Source: Mobula hypostoma (lineage: Eukaryota). Taken from it: a stretch of 64,000 nucleotides of DNA. The position numbers and the translations under genes are program-made. Shown piece after piece: positions 1-11,840 of the stretch. The notes under the pieces are model-generated. The model did no database searches. It was not told the origin of the DNA and saw only the letters and a list, made by a program, of their open reading frames with translations. Each line of letters opens with the position of its first letter. Position 1 is the stretch's first letter. Location of the stretch: NCBI RefSeq assembly GCF_963921235.1, contig NC_086108.1, positions 110,424,001 to 110,488,000 of the forward strand, read 5' to 3'.

Positions 1-287
1 TAAGGAATCCATGCTGAGTTCTGCCTATCTTGTCATATGTGATATAATTCTGTGATATAATCTGGTCCCGGACCATTAAGAGCTTTAAAATAAGTAAGAG
101 ATCTTTAAAACCAATTCTAAAATAGTTTTTTAAAATTAAATACACTATTTACTTGATGGCAGGAAAAGAGGGAGAGCGCGTTGTTGATCATAGAAACATA
201 GAAACATAGAAAATAGGTGCAGGAGTAGGCCATTCGGCCCTTCGAGCCTGCACCGCCATTTATTATGATCATGGCTGATCATCCAAC

Positions 288-3287
288 TCAGAACCCAGCC
301 TTCCCTCCATACCCCCTGACCCCTGTAGCCACAAGGGCCATATCTAACTTCCTTTTAAACATAGCTAATGAACTGGCCTCAACAGTTTGCTGTGGCAGAG
401 AATTCCACAGATTCACCACTCTCTGTGTGAAGAAGTTTTTCCTAACCTCGGTCCTAAAAGGCTTCCCCTCTATCCTCAAACTGTGACCCCTCGTTCTAGA
501 CCTCCCCAACATCGGGAACAATCTTCCCGCATCTAGCCTGTCCAATCCCTTTAGGATCTTATACGTTTCAATCAGATCCCCCCTCAATCTTCTAAATTCC
601 AACGAGTACAAGCCCAGTTCATCCAGTCTTTCTTCATATGAAAGACCTGCCATCCCAGGAATCAATCTGGTGAACCTTCTTTGTACTCCCTCTATGGCAA
701 AGATGTCTTTCCTCAGATTAGGGGACCAAAACTGCACACAATACTCCAGGTGTGGTCTCACCAAGGCCTTGTACAACTGCAGTAGTACCTCCCTGCTCCT
801 GTACTCGAATCCTCTCGCTATAAATGCCAGCATACCATTCGCCTTTTTCACCGCCTGCTGTACCTGCATGCCCACTTTCAATGACTGGTGTATAATGACA
901 CCCAGGTCTCGTTGCATCTCCCCTTTTCCTAATCGGCCACCATTCAGATAATAATCTGTTTTCCTATTTTTGCCACCAAAGTGGATAACTTCACATTTAT
1001 CCACATTACATTGCATCTGCCATGAGTTTGCCCACTCACCCAACCTATCCAAGTCACCCTGCATCCTCTTAGCATTCTCCTCACTGCTAACACTGCCACC
1101 CAGCTTTGTGTCATCCGCAAACTTGGAGATGCTGCATTTAATTCCCTCATCCAAGTCATTAATATATATTGTAAACAACTGGGGTCCCAGCACTGAGCCT
1201 TGCGGTACCCCACTAGTCACCGCCTGCCATTCTGAAAAGGTCCCGTTTATTCCCACTCTTTGCTTCCTGTCTGCTAACCAATTCTCCACCCACACCAATA
1301 CCTTACCCCCAATACCGTGTGCTTTAAGTTTGCACACTAATCTCCTATGTGGGACCTTGTCAAAAGCCTTTTGAAAATCCAAATATACCACATCCACTGG
1401 TTCTCCCCTATCCACTCTACTAGTTACATCCTCAAAAAATTCTATGAGATTCGCCAGACATGATTTTCCTTTCACAAATCCATGCTGACTTTGTCCGATC
1501 ATTTCACCGCTTTCCAAATGTGCTGTTATCACATCCTTGATAACTGACTCCAGCAGTTTCCCCACCACCGACGTTAGGCTAACCGGCCTATAATTCCCCG
1601 GTTTCTCTCTCCCTCCTTTTTTAAAAAGTGGGGTTACATTAGCCACCCTCCAATCCTCAGGAACTAGTCCAGAATCTAACGAGTTTTGAAAAATTATCAC
1701 TAATGCATCCACTATTTCTTGGGCCACTTCCTTAAGCACTCTGGGATGCAGACCATCTGGCCCTGGGGATTTATCTGCCTTCAATCCCTTCAATTTACCT
1801 AACACCACTTCCCTACTAACATGTATTTCGCTCAGTTCCTCCATCTCACTGGACCCTCTGTCCCTTACTATTTCTGGAAGATTATTTATGTCCTCCTTAG
1901 TGAAGACAGAACCAAAGTAATTATTCAATTGGTCTGCCATGTCCTTGCTCCCCATAATCAATTCACCTGTTTCTGTTTGCAGGGGACCTACATTTGTCTT
2001 TATCAGTCTTTTCCTTTTTACATATCTATAAAAGCTTTTACAGTCCGTTTTTATGTTCTCTGCCAGTTTTCTCTCATAATCTTTTTTCCCCTTCCTAATT
2101 AAGCCCTTTGTCCTCCTCTGCTGAACTCTGAATTTCTCCCAGTCCTCAGGTGAGCCACTTTCTCTGGCTAATTTGCATGCTACTTCTTTGGAATTGATAC
2201 TATCCCTAATTTCTCTTGTCAGCCACGGGTGCACTACCTTCCTTGATTTATTCTTTTGCCAAACTGGGATGAACAATTGTTGTAGTTCATCCATGCAACC
2301 TTTAAATGCCTGCCATTGCATATCCACCGTCAATCCTTGAAGTGTCATTTGCCAGTCTATCTTAGCTAATTCATGTCTCATACCTTCAAAGTTACCCCTC
2401 TTTAAGTTCAGAACCTTTGTTTCTGAATTAACTACGTCACTCTCCATGTTAATGAAGAATTCCACCATATTATGGTCACTCTTACCCAAGGGGCCTCTCA
2501 CGACAAGATCGCTAATTAACCCTTCCTCATTGCTCAAAACCCAGTCCAGAATAGCCTGCTCTCTAGTCGGTTCCTCGACATGTTGGTTCAAAAAACCATC
2601 CCGCATACATTCCAAGAAATCCTCTTCCTCAGCACCTTTACCAATTTGGTTCACCCAGTCTACATGTAGATTGAAGTCACCCATTATAACTGCTGTTCCT
2701 TTATTGCACACATTTCTAATTTCCTGTTTAATACCATCTCCGACCTCACTACTACTGTTAGGTGGCCTGTACACAACTCCCACCAGCGTCTTCTGCCCCT
2801 TAGTGTTACGCAGCTCTACCCATATCGATTCCACATCTTCCCGGCTTATGTCCTTCCTTTCTATTGCGTTAATCTCTTTTTTAACCAGCAACGCCACCCC
2901 ACCTCCCCTTCCTTCGTGTCTATCCCTCCTGAATATTGAATATCCCTGAACGTTGAGCTCCCATCCCTGGTCACCCTGGAGCCATGTCTCTGTGATCCCA
3001 ACTATATCATAATCATTAATAACAATCTGCACTTTCAATTCATCCACCTTATTACGAATGCTCCTTGCATTGACACATAAAGCCTTCAGGCGCTCTTTTA
3101 CAACTCTCTTAGCCCTTTTTAATGCTTGCCCTGGATTTGTCGGCCTGCCACTTTTACTTTTCCCCTTTGTACTTTTTGCTTCTACGCTCACTTTACACCC
3201 CTCTGTCTCTCTGCACTGGTTCCCATCCCTCTGTTGTGAACTAACCTCCTCACACCTAGCCGCTTTAATTTGATTCCCACCCCCCAA
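288..3287 (-). CDS. CR1 ORF2: APE endonuclease + reverse transcriptase. The frame is open to 3308; the track start is a TTG, not an ATG
   Basis: Motifs VNARS, GITETW, MGDFN, SDHN (APE); [39 protein letters not shown] (RT); no stop in 999 codons. Confidence 0.93.
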   Translation of the reverse strand: MGGGNQIKAARCEEVSSQQRDGNQCRETEGCKVSVEAKSTKGKSKSGRPTNPGQALKRAKRVVKERLKALCVNARSIRNKVDELKVQIVINDYDIVGITETWLQGDQGWELNVQGYSIFRRDRHEGRGGGVALLVKKEINAIERKDISREDVESIWVELRNTKGQKTLVGVVYRPPNSSSEVGDGIKQEIRNVCNKGTAVIMGDFNLHVDWVNQIGKGAEEEDFLECMRDGFLNQHVEEPTREQAILDWVLSNEEGLISDLVVRGPLGKSDHNMVEFFINMESDVVNSETKVLNLKRGNFEGMRHELAKIDWQMTLQGLTVDMQWQAFKGCMDELQQLFIPVWQKNKSRKVVHPWLTREIRDSINSKEVACKLARESGSPEDWEKFRVQQRRTKGLIRKGKKDYERKLAENIKTDCKSFYRYVKRKRLIKTNVGPLQTETGELIMGSKDMADQLNNYFGSVFTKEDINNLPEIVRDRGSSEMEELSEIHVSREVVLGKLKGLKADKSPGPDGLHPRVLKEVAQEIVDALVIIFQNSLDSGLVPEDWRVANVTPLFKKGGREKPGNYRPVSLTSVVGKLLESVIKDVITAHLESGEMIGQSQHGFVKGKSCLANLIEFFEDVTSRVDRGEPVDVVYLDFQKAFDKVPHRRLVCKLKAHGIGGKVLVWVENWLADRKQRVGINGTFSEWQAVTSGVPQGSVLGPQLFTIYINDLDEGIKCSISKFADDTKLGGSVSSEENAKRMQGDLDRLGEWANSWQMQCNVDKCEVIHFGGKNRKTDYYLNGGRLGKGEMQRDLGVIIHQSLKVGMQVQQAVKKANGMLAFIARGFEYRSREVLLQLYKALVRPHLEYCVQFWSPNLRKDIFAIEGVQRRFTRLIPGMAGLSYEERLDELGLYSLEFRRLRGDLIETYKILKGLDRLDAGRLFPMLGRSRTRGHSLRIEGKPFRTEVRKNFFTQRVVNLWNSLPQQTVEASSLAMFKRKLDMALVATGVRGYGGKAGF

Positions 3288-3292
3288 CCATT

Positions 3293-3627
3293 CTAGTTTA
3301 AAGTCACCTCAGTAGCCCCCGCTAATCTCCCTGCCAGGATATTGGTCCCCCTAGGATTTAAGTGTAACCCGTCCTTTTTGTACAGGTCACACCTGCGCCA
3401 AAAGAGGTCCCAATGATCCAAAAACTTGAATCCCTGCCCCCTGCTCCAATCCCTCAGCCACGCATTTATCCTCCACCTCATCGCATTCCTACTCTCACTG
3501 TCGCGTGGCACAGGCAGTAATCCCGAGATTACTACCTTTGCGGTCCTTTTTCTCAACTCCCTTCCTAGCTCCCTATATTCTTCTTTCAGGACCTCATCCC
3601 TTTTCCTACCTATGTCATTGGTACCTA
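3293..3627 (-). pseudogene. CR1 ORF1 C-terminal SGNH esterase-like domain, 5'-truncated
   Basis: VVISGLLPVPR...INAWL...FLDHWDLF...DGLHLNPRG (DxxH motif), directly upstream of ORF2. Confidence 0.85.
3296..3302 (-). promoter_or_regulatory. Candidate -1 frameshift slippery site U_UUA_AAC at the ORF1/ORF2 junction
   Basis: ORF1 reads ACT TTA AAC TAG; the -1 frame reads TTT AAA CTA GAA TGG TTG into ORF2; same motif and phase at 22814-22820. Confidence 0.65.
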
Positions 3628-3721
3628 TAAGGGACCTATATGATCACAAGGGTACATCCGAAATGTGGTGGACAGAAGGAGTTAACGTTGCAAGCGGGTA
3701 ACGAGGAGGTAAAGAAAAGAC

Positions 3722-4023
3722 TTACACTTTGTACTTTATTGTCGCCAAACAATTGATACTAGAACGTACAATCATCGCAGCGATATTTGATTCTGCTCTT
3801 CCCGCTCCCTGGATTACAAATACTAAATATTAAAAATAGTAAAAATGAGTAAATATTAAAAATTTAAATTATAAATCATAAATAGAAAATAGAAAAATGG
3901 AAAGTAAGGTAGTGCAAAAAAACCGAGAGGCAGGTCCGGATATTTGGAGGGTACGGCCCAGATCCGGGTCAGGATCTGTTCAGCTGTCTTATCACAGTTG
4001 GAAAGAAGCTGTCCTCAAATCTG
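3722..4023 (-). mobile_element. Rex1/Babar LINE 3' end fragment
   Basis: Close match to 43441-43750, which continues into the RT C-terminus. Confidence 0.8.
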
Positions 4024-4179
4024 ACTTCAAGATTTTCTTCAAGTTTGCTGACGAAGAAAGGTAGATTATTTGCCACATGTGTATCCAAACATGTGAAGCG
4101 TGTCATTTGCATTTCTAACCAGCACATCCAAGGGGGCAGCCTGCAAGTGTTGCCATGCTTTCAAGCACCAACAGAGCAT

Positions 4180-4340
4180 GCCCACAACTCACCAACCCTA
4201 ACCCATACGTCTTTGGGCAGTGGGAGAAAATGGAAGCACCCAGTGGAAACCCACCTGATCACGGGGAGAATGTACAATGGCTGAGTAACAACCCAGGTTT
4301 CTGGCACTATAAAGTATTGCTAAACGCTGCAGTACCATGC
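4180..4340 (-). mobile_element. Degenerate V-domain tRNA SINE
   Basis: Reverse complement of the V-domain (gtgggagaaaatggaagcacccagtggaaacccac) plus a tRNA-like head remnant. Confidence 0.55.
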
Positions 4341-4429
4341 TGTGATGAAGAGTCTTGGCACGAAATGTTGTTCGTCCATTTCTCTCCTGCTGAGTTCCTC
4401 CAGCAACGTCTTCCCAATGACTAACGGGG

Positions 4430-4660
4430 CCCCTCACAGCAGCAGCCTGGGTTCTACCCCCACAACTCTCTGTAGGGAATCTGTATCTTCACCCACTGAC
4501 TGCGCAGATTCCCTCTGTGTGCTCCGGGTTTCTCCCGCACTCCAAACAAAAGACCGACGAGTGAGTTGGCTAATTGCTCACACGGCTGTAACTGAGCGGC
4601 GTGGACCCAATGGGTCAAAAGAACCCGTTACCGTGCTGTATCTCTAAATAAAATAAAAAT
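4430..4660 (+). mobile_element. Degenerate V-domain (HE1-like) SINE
   Basis: gtgctccgggtttctcccgcactccaaa core; tail gtgctgtatctctaaataaaataaa; similar to 46887-47200. Confidence 0.6.
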
Positions 4661-4674
4661 ATCCCATCAAGTGT

Positions 4675-5182
4675 AGGCCCATTCCCATTCTGACATGCTG
4701 GTCCGTAACCTCCTCAACTGCCACGATGAGGCCACTCTCTGCTTGGAGAAGCAACACCTCATAATCCATCACTGATTTTTCCCCTCCCCCTTCCTTTTTT
4801 TTCCCACTCCGCATTCTGGCATACGTCTCACCCCTTCTCTTCTCCTCACCCGCCTATCATCTCACTCTGGTGCCCCTCCTTCTTCCCTTTCTCCCGTGGT
4901 CTACTCTCCCCTCCTATCAGATTCCTTCCTCTTCAGCACTTTCCCTTTTCCACCCATCACGTCCCAACTTCCCACTCCCCCCTCCCCCACCCACCCACCT
5001 TCCCCCTCACCTCTCACCCACCAGTTTGTAATCCTTCCCCTCTTCCCACCTTCTTAGTCCGGCTTCTTCTTCTTTCCTTTTCGGTCCTGATGAAGTGTCT
5101 CAGCTCAAAATGTTGACTGTTTATTCCTCTCCAGAGATGCTGCCTGACCTGCTGAGTTCCTCCAGCATTTTGTGTGTGTTGT
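4675..5182 (+). mobile_element. Penelope-like element 3' fragment with a decayed hammerhead motif at about 5082-5119
   Basis: Homologous to 12960-13535 and 18320-19535: end of GIY-YIG, pyrimidine-rich UTR, terminal repeat. Confidence 0.8.
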
Positions 5183-5184
5183 AC

Positions 5185-5515
5185 ACAGCACCAGGTTCAG
5201 GAACAATTACTACCCCACAACCATCAGGCTCTTGAACAAAAGGCGATAACTACACTCACTTGCCCCATCATTGAGATGTTCCCACACCAATGACCTCACT
5301 TTAAGGACCCTTTATCTTGTAATTTCATGTTATCGTTATTTATTGCAATTTATTTATATTTGAATTTGCACAGTTTGTTGTCTTCTGCACTCTAGTTGAT
5401 CTTTCATTGATCCTGTTATAGTTACTAATCTATAGATTTGCTGAGTATGCCCACAAGAAAGTGAATCTCAGTGTTGCATGTAGTGACTTTGATAATAAAA
5501 TTTACTTTCAACTTT
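5185..5515 (+). mobile_element. Rex1/Babar-type LINE 3' tail
   Basis: accaggttcaggaacaattactac...ccatcaggctcttgaac, then UTR ending ataataaaatttactttc; matches 57328-57695. Confidence 0.7.
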
Positions 5516-5524
5516 GTGTTACAA

Positions 5525-5915
5525 ATTTCTCTCCTAGTCTCCCACAACGTCCAAGGATGCTCTCAGTCAGGCCCTGGGGATTTATCCAACTTAATGTACT
5601 GTAGCGCTGTAAATATCACCTCCCTGGAAATACAAACACTCTCTAAAAGATCTTTACTTTTTTCCTTTACCTCTTGAGCAATCATGATTAATTTTCACAG
5701 TAAACACAGAGGAGAAATATTTGTTTAAAATCTACCCATCTTCTGCAACTTGAGCCATAGGAGGTCTAGCTGATCTTTAAGGAGGACCCCCTCTCTCACT
5801 AGCCACCCCTTTATTCTTAATACTGCTATAGATCCTCCTGGGATTTTCCTTAACCTTACCTGCCAGACCCATCTCGTATCCTCTCGTCACTCTCCTGATT
5901 TCCATCTTCAGGCTA
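5525..5915 (-). mobile_element. Decayed CR1 ORF2 internal fragment
   Basis: EIRRVTRGYEMGLAGKVKENPRRIYS and a KSPGPD-like segment. Confidence 0.65.
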
Positions 5916-5949
5916 ATCTCCTTGGACCCTCTCCAATTCCAGCATATCT

Positions 5950-6600
5950 GTGCATCACCGTCTGGTCTGGAGGGGCTACAGTACACAATCGGAGAAAGCT
6001 GCCTGGGTCATGGGTACGAGTCTCCCCAGCACCGAGGACATCTTTAAAAGGTGATGCCTGAAAGAGGTGGTGTCCATCACGAAGGACCCCCATCACCCAG
6101 GGCATGCCCTTTTCTCATTGCTACCATCAGAGAGGGGGTACAGGACCCTGAAGACACACACTCAACATTTTAGAAACAGCTTCTTCCCCTCCGCCATCAG
6201 AATTCTGAATGGACAATGAAGCCAGCCATTGACACTACCTCACTATTTTCCAGTACTTATTTAATTATTTTTTAAAATATATCTATTTCTTTTTGTAATG
6301 TATAGCTTTTTTATGTATTGTGCCGTACACTGCCATAGAATAACAAATTTCATGACATTTAAAGGCATCCGTTAGTCTTGCGAGACCATGGATCTGCACC
6401 TGGAAAGTCTTCTCTCTCCAGGGCGCAGGCCTGGGCAAGGTTGTATGGAAGACCAGCAGTTGCCCATGCTGCAAGTCTCCCCTCTCCACGACACCAGTGT
6501 TGTCCAAGGGAAGGGCATTAGGACCCATACAGCTTGGCACCAGTGTTGTCGCAGAGCAATGTGTGATTATCAGTGATATTAAACCTGATTCTGGCTCAGA
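5950..6600 (+). mobile_element. Rex1/Babar LINE 3' fragment, with an unrelated ~210-bp repeat inserted in its tail (6360-6570)
   Basis: Decayed coding for HHPGHALFSLLPS...RNSFFPSAIR; the insert shares a core with 12380-12430. Confidence 0.7.
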
Positions 6601-7009
6601 TGAATCCTTCCTTAGATAAGGGGCCCAAAACAACTCACAACACTCCGAATGTGCTCCCACCGATGCCTTAGGCAATGACAAAACTAATCCAAAATCAAAA
6701 CAAAACAATTGCTGCTGGCTTGCGACTGTCACAGGGCATGTCACACCCTCAGCTCCAAAGAAATGCTTGTCCCAGAGTCCAATCCTTTATTTCCATCCTC
6801 TACCAGCAATGAGCAAACATACAATCTTGAAGCGATGAACTTTAGCATACCCAAATGTAAGCTCAGTATTACTCAGCAATATTATGTGGTCAGCAAAGAT
6901 ATGACCTCTGCTGGTCCCAAGCTACAAACTGCTACGAAGTAAGCATGCAAACATAATTTATTCCCTTTGCTTTTACCACATCCCCACTAATGTGACTAGT
7001 TAACACTGA

Positions 7010-8590
7010 AGACCATAAGATACATTTGGCTCATCAAGTCTGCTCTGCAATTTCATCATGGCTGGTCCATTTCCGCTCTCGGCCTCAGTCTTCTGCCTTC
7101 TCCCTGTGTCCCTTCATATTTGACTAATCAAGAATCTATCAACCTCTGCCTTAAATATACTCAATGACTTGGCCTCCACATCTGACTGAGGCAATGGATT
7201 CAGAATCAGGTTTATTATCACCGGCATGCGACGTGAAATTTGTTAACTTAGCAGCAGCAGTTCAATGCAGTATGTAATCTTGCAGAGAGAAAAAAAATAA
7301 AGATAAAAGTAATAATAAATAACCAAATAAATCAATTATGTATATTGAATTGATCTTTTAAAATGTGCAAAAACAGAAATACTGTATATTAAAAAAAAGT
7401 GATGTAGTGTCCAAGGGTTCAATGTCCATTTAGGAATCAGATGGCAGAGGGGAAGAAGCTGTTCTTGAATCGCTGAGTGTGTGCCTTCAGGCTTCTGTAT
7501 CTCCGACCTGATGGTAACAGTGAGAAAAGGGCATGCCCTGGGTGCTGGAGGCCCTTAATAATGGACTCCACCTTTCTGAGACACCGCTCCCTAAAGATGT
7601 CCTGGGTACTTTGTAAGCTAGTGCTCAAGATGGAACTAACTAGATTTACAACCCTCTGCAGCTTCTTTCGGTCCTGTGCAGTAGCCCCACCATACCAGAC
7701 AGTGACGCAGCCTGTCAGAATGCTCTCCACGGTACAACTATAGAAGTTTTTGAGTGTATTTGTTGACATGCCAAATCTCTTCAAACTCCTAATAAAGTAT
7801 AGCTGCTGTCTTGTCTTCTTTATAACTACATCGATATGTTGGGACCAGGTTAGATCCTCAGAGATATTGACACCTGGGAACTTGAAGCTGCTCACTCTCT
7901 CCACTTCTGATCCCTCTATGAGGATTGGTATGTGATCCTTCATCTTACCCTTCCTGAAGACCACAATCAGCTCTTTCATCTTACTGACGTTGAGTGCCAG
8001 GTTGTTGCTGTGGCACCACTCCACCAATTGGCATATCTCACTCCTGTACGCCCTCTCATCTCCATCTGAGATTGGTTGTATCATCAGCAAATTTATAGAT
8101 GGTACTTGAGCTATGCCTAGCCACACAGTCTTGTGTATATAGAGAGTAGAGCAGTGGGCTAAGGCACACTCCTGAGGTGCGCAGATTCACTACTCTCTGG
8201 CTAAAGAAATTCCTTCTTATCTCTGTTCTGAAAGGACGTCCCTCTAGTCTGAGGCTGTGTCCTCTGGTCTTACACTCCCCCACCCCTATAGATGCTGCTT
8301 GGCCTGCTGCGTTCACCAGCAACTTTGATGTGTGTTCCTTTCAACATTCCATAGCTTTCAATGAGGCCACCCCTCACTCTTCTGAATTCCAGTGAGTACA
8401 GGCCCAGAGCCATCAAACACTTCTCATAAGATAAGCCTTTCAATCCCAAAATCATTTTCCCGAACCTCCTTTGAACCCTCTCCAATGTCAGTACGTCCTT
8501 TCTTAGATAAGGGGCCCCAAACTGCACGCAATACGCCAAGTGAGGCCTCACCAGTGCCCCGTAAAGTTCCAATATTAAAGCCTGCATTTA
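7010..8590 (-). mobile_element. CR1 3' fragment (7010-7200 and 8180-8590) split by a Rex1/Babar insertion
   Basis: LVRPHLAYCVQF, GLYSLEFRR, TRGHSLRLEGRPF; the sequence resumes in register across the insert. Confidence 0.8.
7200..8180 (-). mobile_element. Rex1/Babar LINE, 5'-truncated RT C-terminus + UTR
   Basis: ORFs 7437-8126 and 8056-8322: [49 protein letters not shown]. Confidence 0.88.
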
Positions 8591-9873
8591 TATTCGACGT
8601 TTAGGACCGAGACCCTTCATCAGGACAATATGCAGACAGAAAGGATTGGTATAGTTGGGCAGTCGGTCGCTAATTAGTTCGGTACAACATTGTGGGCCGA
8701 AGTGCTTGTTCTGTGTGGTACCGCCGTTCTATGTTCCATTTTCTAGTCCTCTCACAACGAGTGCTAACTTTGCATTTGCCTTCCTCCGGACCAGAGACAA
8801 GCAAAGAATACAGTGGTAGACAGTCCTCTCAGAAGATCAAAGCCTGCAGAGTTTAAAATGAATGTGAATTGCTCTTTGGAAGGAGAAAGCAGTGTGGTGC
8901 ATGTAAATGTGTGACATGTGTAAAATCACACGTTCACATGTGAAGTATAACTGTCAGTGCAGTGAGTAAACAGCTGTGTATTCACGGTTCATATCTCCCC
9001 ATGATTGATGAGGGTCAGACATGTGGAACAGTAATTACATTTTACATTTGAATTTCAAATTTCCATCCTTAGTATTTTTTCCTTTGCAAAAAGGGATGGT
9101 AATGAGATGATAGGGTGAGAGGTGTGAATGGGAGGAATGGAATTATCACCTAGAATCAGCTGACTGCCTAGGAGACCGCAAAATGTCTTGAGGAATCATG
9201 TGGGAGCAGACAGTCTTGACAATAAAATTAAAACGGATTCCTTTTTCTTGATCGGAAATTCTTAGAATTATAGATTAGTAGAAAAATACAGCTGAGAAAC
9301 AGGACCTTCAGCCTATCTAGTCCATCACAAACCATTTAAACTGTCAATTCTAATCGACCTGTACAGTGGCCACAGCCCTCCATACCCCTCCCATCGATGT
9401 ACCTACCTAAACGTTGAAATCGAGCTCACAAGCACCACATGTGCTGGCAGCTCATTCCACACTCTCAGGACCCTCTGAGTGAAGAAGTTCCCCTTAAACT
9501 TTTCACCTTTCACCCTTAAACCATGACCTCTAGTTCTAGTCTCACCCAACCTAAGGGGTCAGAAGTATTATTATGAGGAATATAAACATTTACCCTGTCT
9601 ATACTCCTCATAATTCTGTATACCTCTGACAAACCTCCCCTCAATCTTCTATATTCCAAGGAATAAAGTCTTAACTTATTCAATCCTTCCTTATAACCCA
9701 GGTCCTCCAGACCTGGCAAGATCCTTGTAAATTTTCTCTGTACTCTTTCAACCTTACTTACATCTTTCCTCTAGTTAAGTGACCAAATCTGCACACAATA
9801 CTCCAAATTAGGGCTCACCAACATCTTATACAACTTCAACATAACATCCCATCTCCTGTACTCAATACTTTGA

Positions 9874-11840
9874 TTTAGATTAGATTAGATTCAACTTTAT
9901 TGTCATTGTGCCGAGTACAGATTTTTTGTGGTTCGTCCATCATCATCGGCGATGAAGATCTCGACACCATTAGTCACTCTGAGACTGGATGCGATGTGTG
10001 TCCGAAGATGACTGGTCAGGCCAATTCGGGCGCGGAATGCCCTGGCACATGTTGGGCAGACACGTGTAGGCACTGCAGTTGTTACACTGGTGGCTCTGGA
10101 CTTGCGCAGCTCGCGCTTATGTTGTGTTTCAGCAGTGCGCCTCGCTTCATAAGCTTGACAGCCCTTGCGGATAAGGCCACGCCAGGTAGGGCGGTTTTGT
10201 GCCAGCATTTCCCAGGAGGTCGTGTCTATGTCAAGTGACTTCACAGAAGCCTTTAGTGTGTCTTTGTAACGTTCCTTCTGCCCTCCATGCGAGCGTCTTC
10301 CAGCAGAGAGTTCCCCAAAAGGGAGCTCGTCTGCATCCGGCATGCAGATGACATGACCTGCCCACCGGGTCTGTGCTCTCATCAGCAGTATGTGGACTGA
10401 TGGCAGACTTGCTCTAGAGAGAACTTCAGTGTCTGGTACTTTGTCTTGCCATCTGATGCCTAATATTCTGCGAAGACAAGTCATGTGGAAATGGTTGAGC
10501 TGTCTTGCATGCCTTTGATACACAGTCCACGTTTCACAGGTATACAGGAGGGTAGTGAGTACCACAGGTCTGTAAGCCAATGAAATGCAGTTAGCATCTG
10601 ACCAGAAATGCAAAAAATAGTGTTATTTACAAAATAACTGCGAATAAAAAGTCAGTGCTACAGCACACAAATATAAAAGTACTGAGACAGTCCAATATGG
10701 GTGCAATACTGCTTAGCGCTGTGATGAGAGGTTCAGCAGGGTCACAGCCTCAAGGAAGAAGCTCTTCCTGTGCCTGCTGGTGCGGGAGTGGAGGCTCCTG
10801 TAGCGCCTACCGGATGGGAGGAGAGTAAAAAGTCCATGGTCAGGGTGAGATGCGTTTATGGTAGATGTTCTCAATGGTGGGCTATTGGGTGCCGATAATC
10901 TGCTGGGCAGTTTTCACCATCTGCTGGAGTGCTTTGCAGTCCGATATGGGACAATTGCTATACCACACTGAGATGCAGTTGGTGAGTATGCTCTCAATGG
11001 TACAGCAGTAAAAGTCCGTCAGTATCCTGGGACAGAGGTGAGCTTTCTTCATGCTCCGCAGGAAATAAAGGTGCTGTTGCTCCTTTTTGATCAGGATGGA
11101 GGAGTTCAGGGACCAGGTGAGATCCTCAGAAATGTGGACACCAAGGAATTTGAAGCTTGATACACGCTCTACTACAGCTCTGTTGATGTAGATGGGGATA
11201 TGAGTGTGGCTCCTAGCAAGCCTGAAGTCCACAATGATCTCCTTGGTCTTCTGGGTGTTAAGGGCCAGGTTGTTGTTAGCACACCACGCGGCCAGCTGCT
11301 GGACCTCGTCCTTGTTGGCTGTCTCGTCATCCCTTCTGATCAGGCCAACAACTGTGGTGTCGTCTGCAAACTTGATTATGGAATTAGAACCAGGTACAGG
11401 AACACAGTCATAGGTGAAAAGGGAGTACAGAAGAGGGCTCAGCACACAGCCTTGAGGCACGCCGGTGTTCAGGGTGAGAGTGGAGGAGGAGAGGTTGTCT
11501 AACTTAACTGATTGGGGTCTATTAGTCAGAAAGTCCAAGGTACAATTGCAGAGGGATGAGCTCATACCAAGCTGGCAAAGTTTGGCGATCAGCTTGGAGG
11601 GGATCACAGTATTGAATGCCGAACTAAAGTCAATGAACAGCATTCTGACATAAGAGTTGGGGCTGTCCAGGTGGGTCAAGGCAGAGTGAAGTGCCATGGA
11701 GATGGCGTCCTCTGTTGACCTGTTGGTGCGATAGACAAATTGATGGGGGTCCAGGGTAGTAGGCAGACAGGATTTCAGGTGTGACAGAACCAGTCTCTCA
11801 AAGCACTTTGCAATGATGGGGGTGAGTGCAACTGGCCAAT
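9874..11840 (-). mobile_element. Rex1/Babar LINE with an (ATCTA)n tail, interrupted by an RTE
   Basis: ORF 10882-11697: [47 protein letters not shown]. Confidence 0.9.
9922..10573 (-). mobile_element. RTE-clade LINE 3' fragment
   Basis: LLYTCETWT, CLRRILGIRWQDKV, RWAGHV, C2H2 finger CPTC...HLRTH. Confidence 0.88.

Larger units (their letters stand above)
189..3627 (-). mobile_element. Young CR1-clade LINE, copy 1, 5'-truncated within ORF1
   Basis: (CATAGAAA)3 tail at 189-212 on the plus strand; 3' hairpin GGTGCAGG/CCTGCACC at 216-254; intact ORF2; C-terminal part of ORF1. Confidence 0.95.

Noticed and set aside
670..2949. Plus-strand ORFs repeated at 30045-32324
   Set aside because: Antisense shadows of CR1 ORF2; repeated only because the element is repeated.
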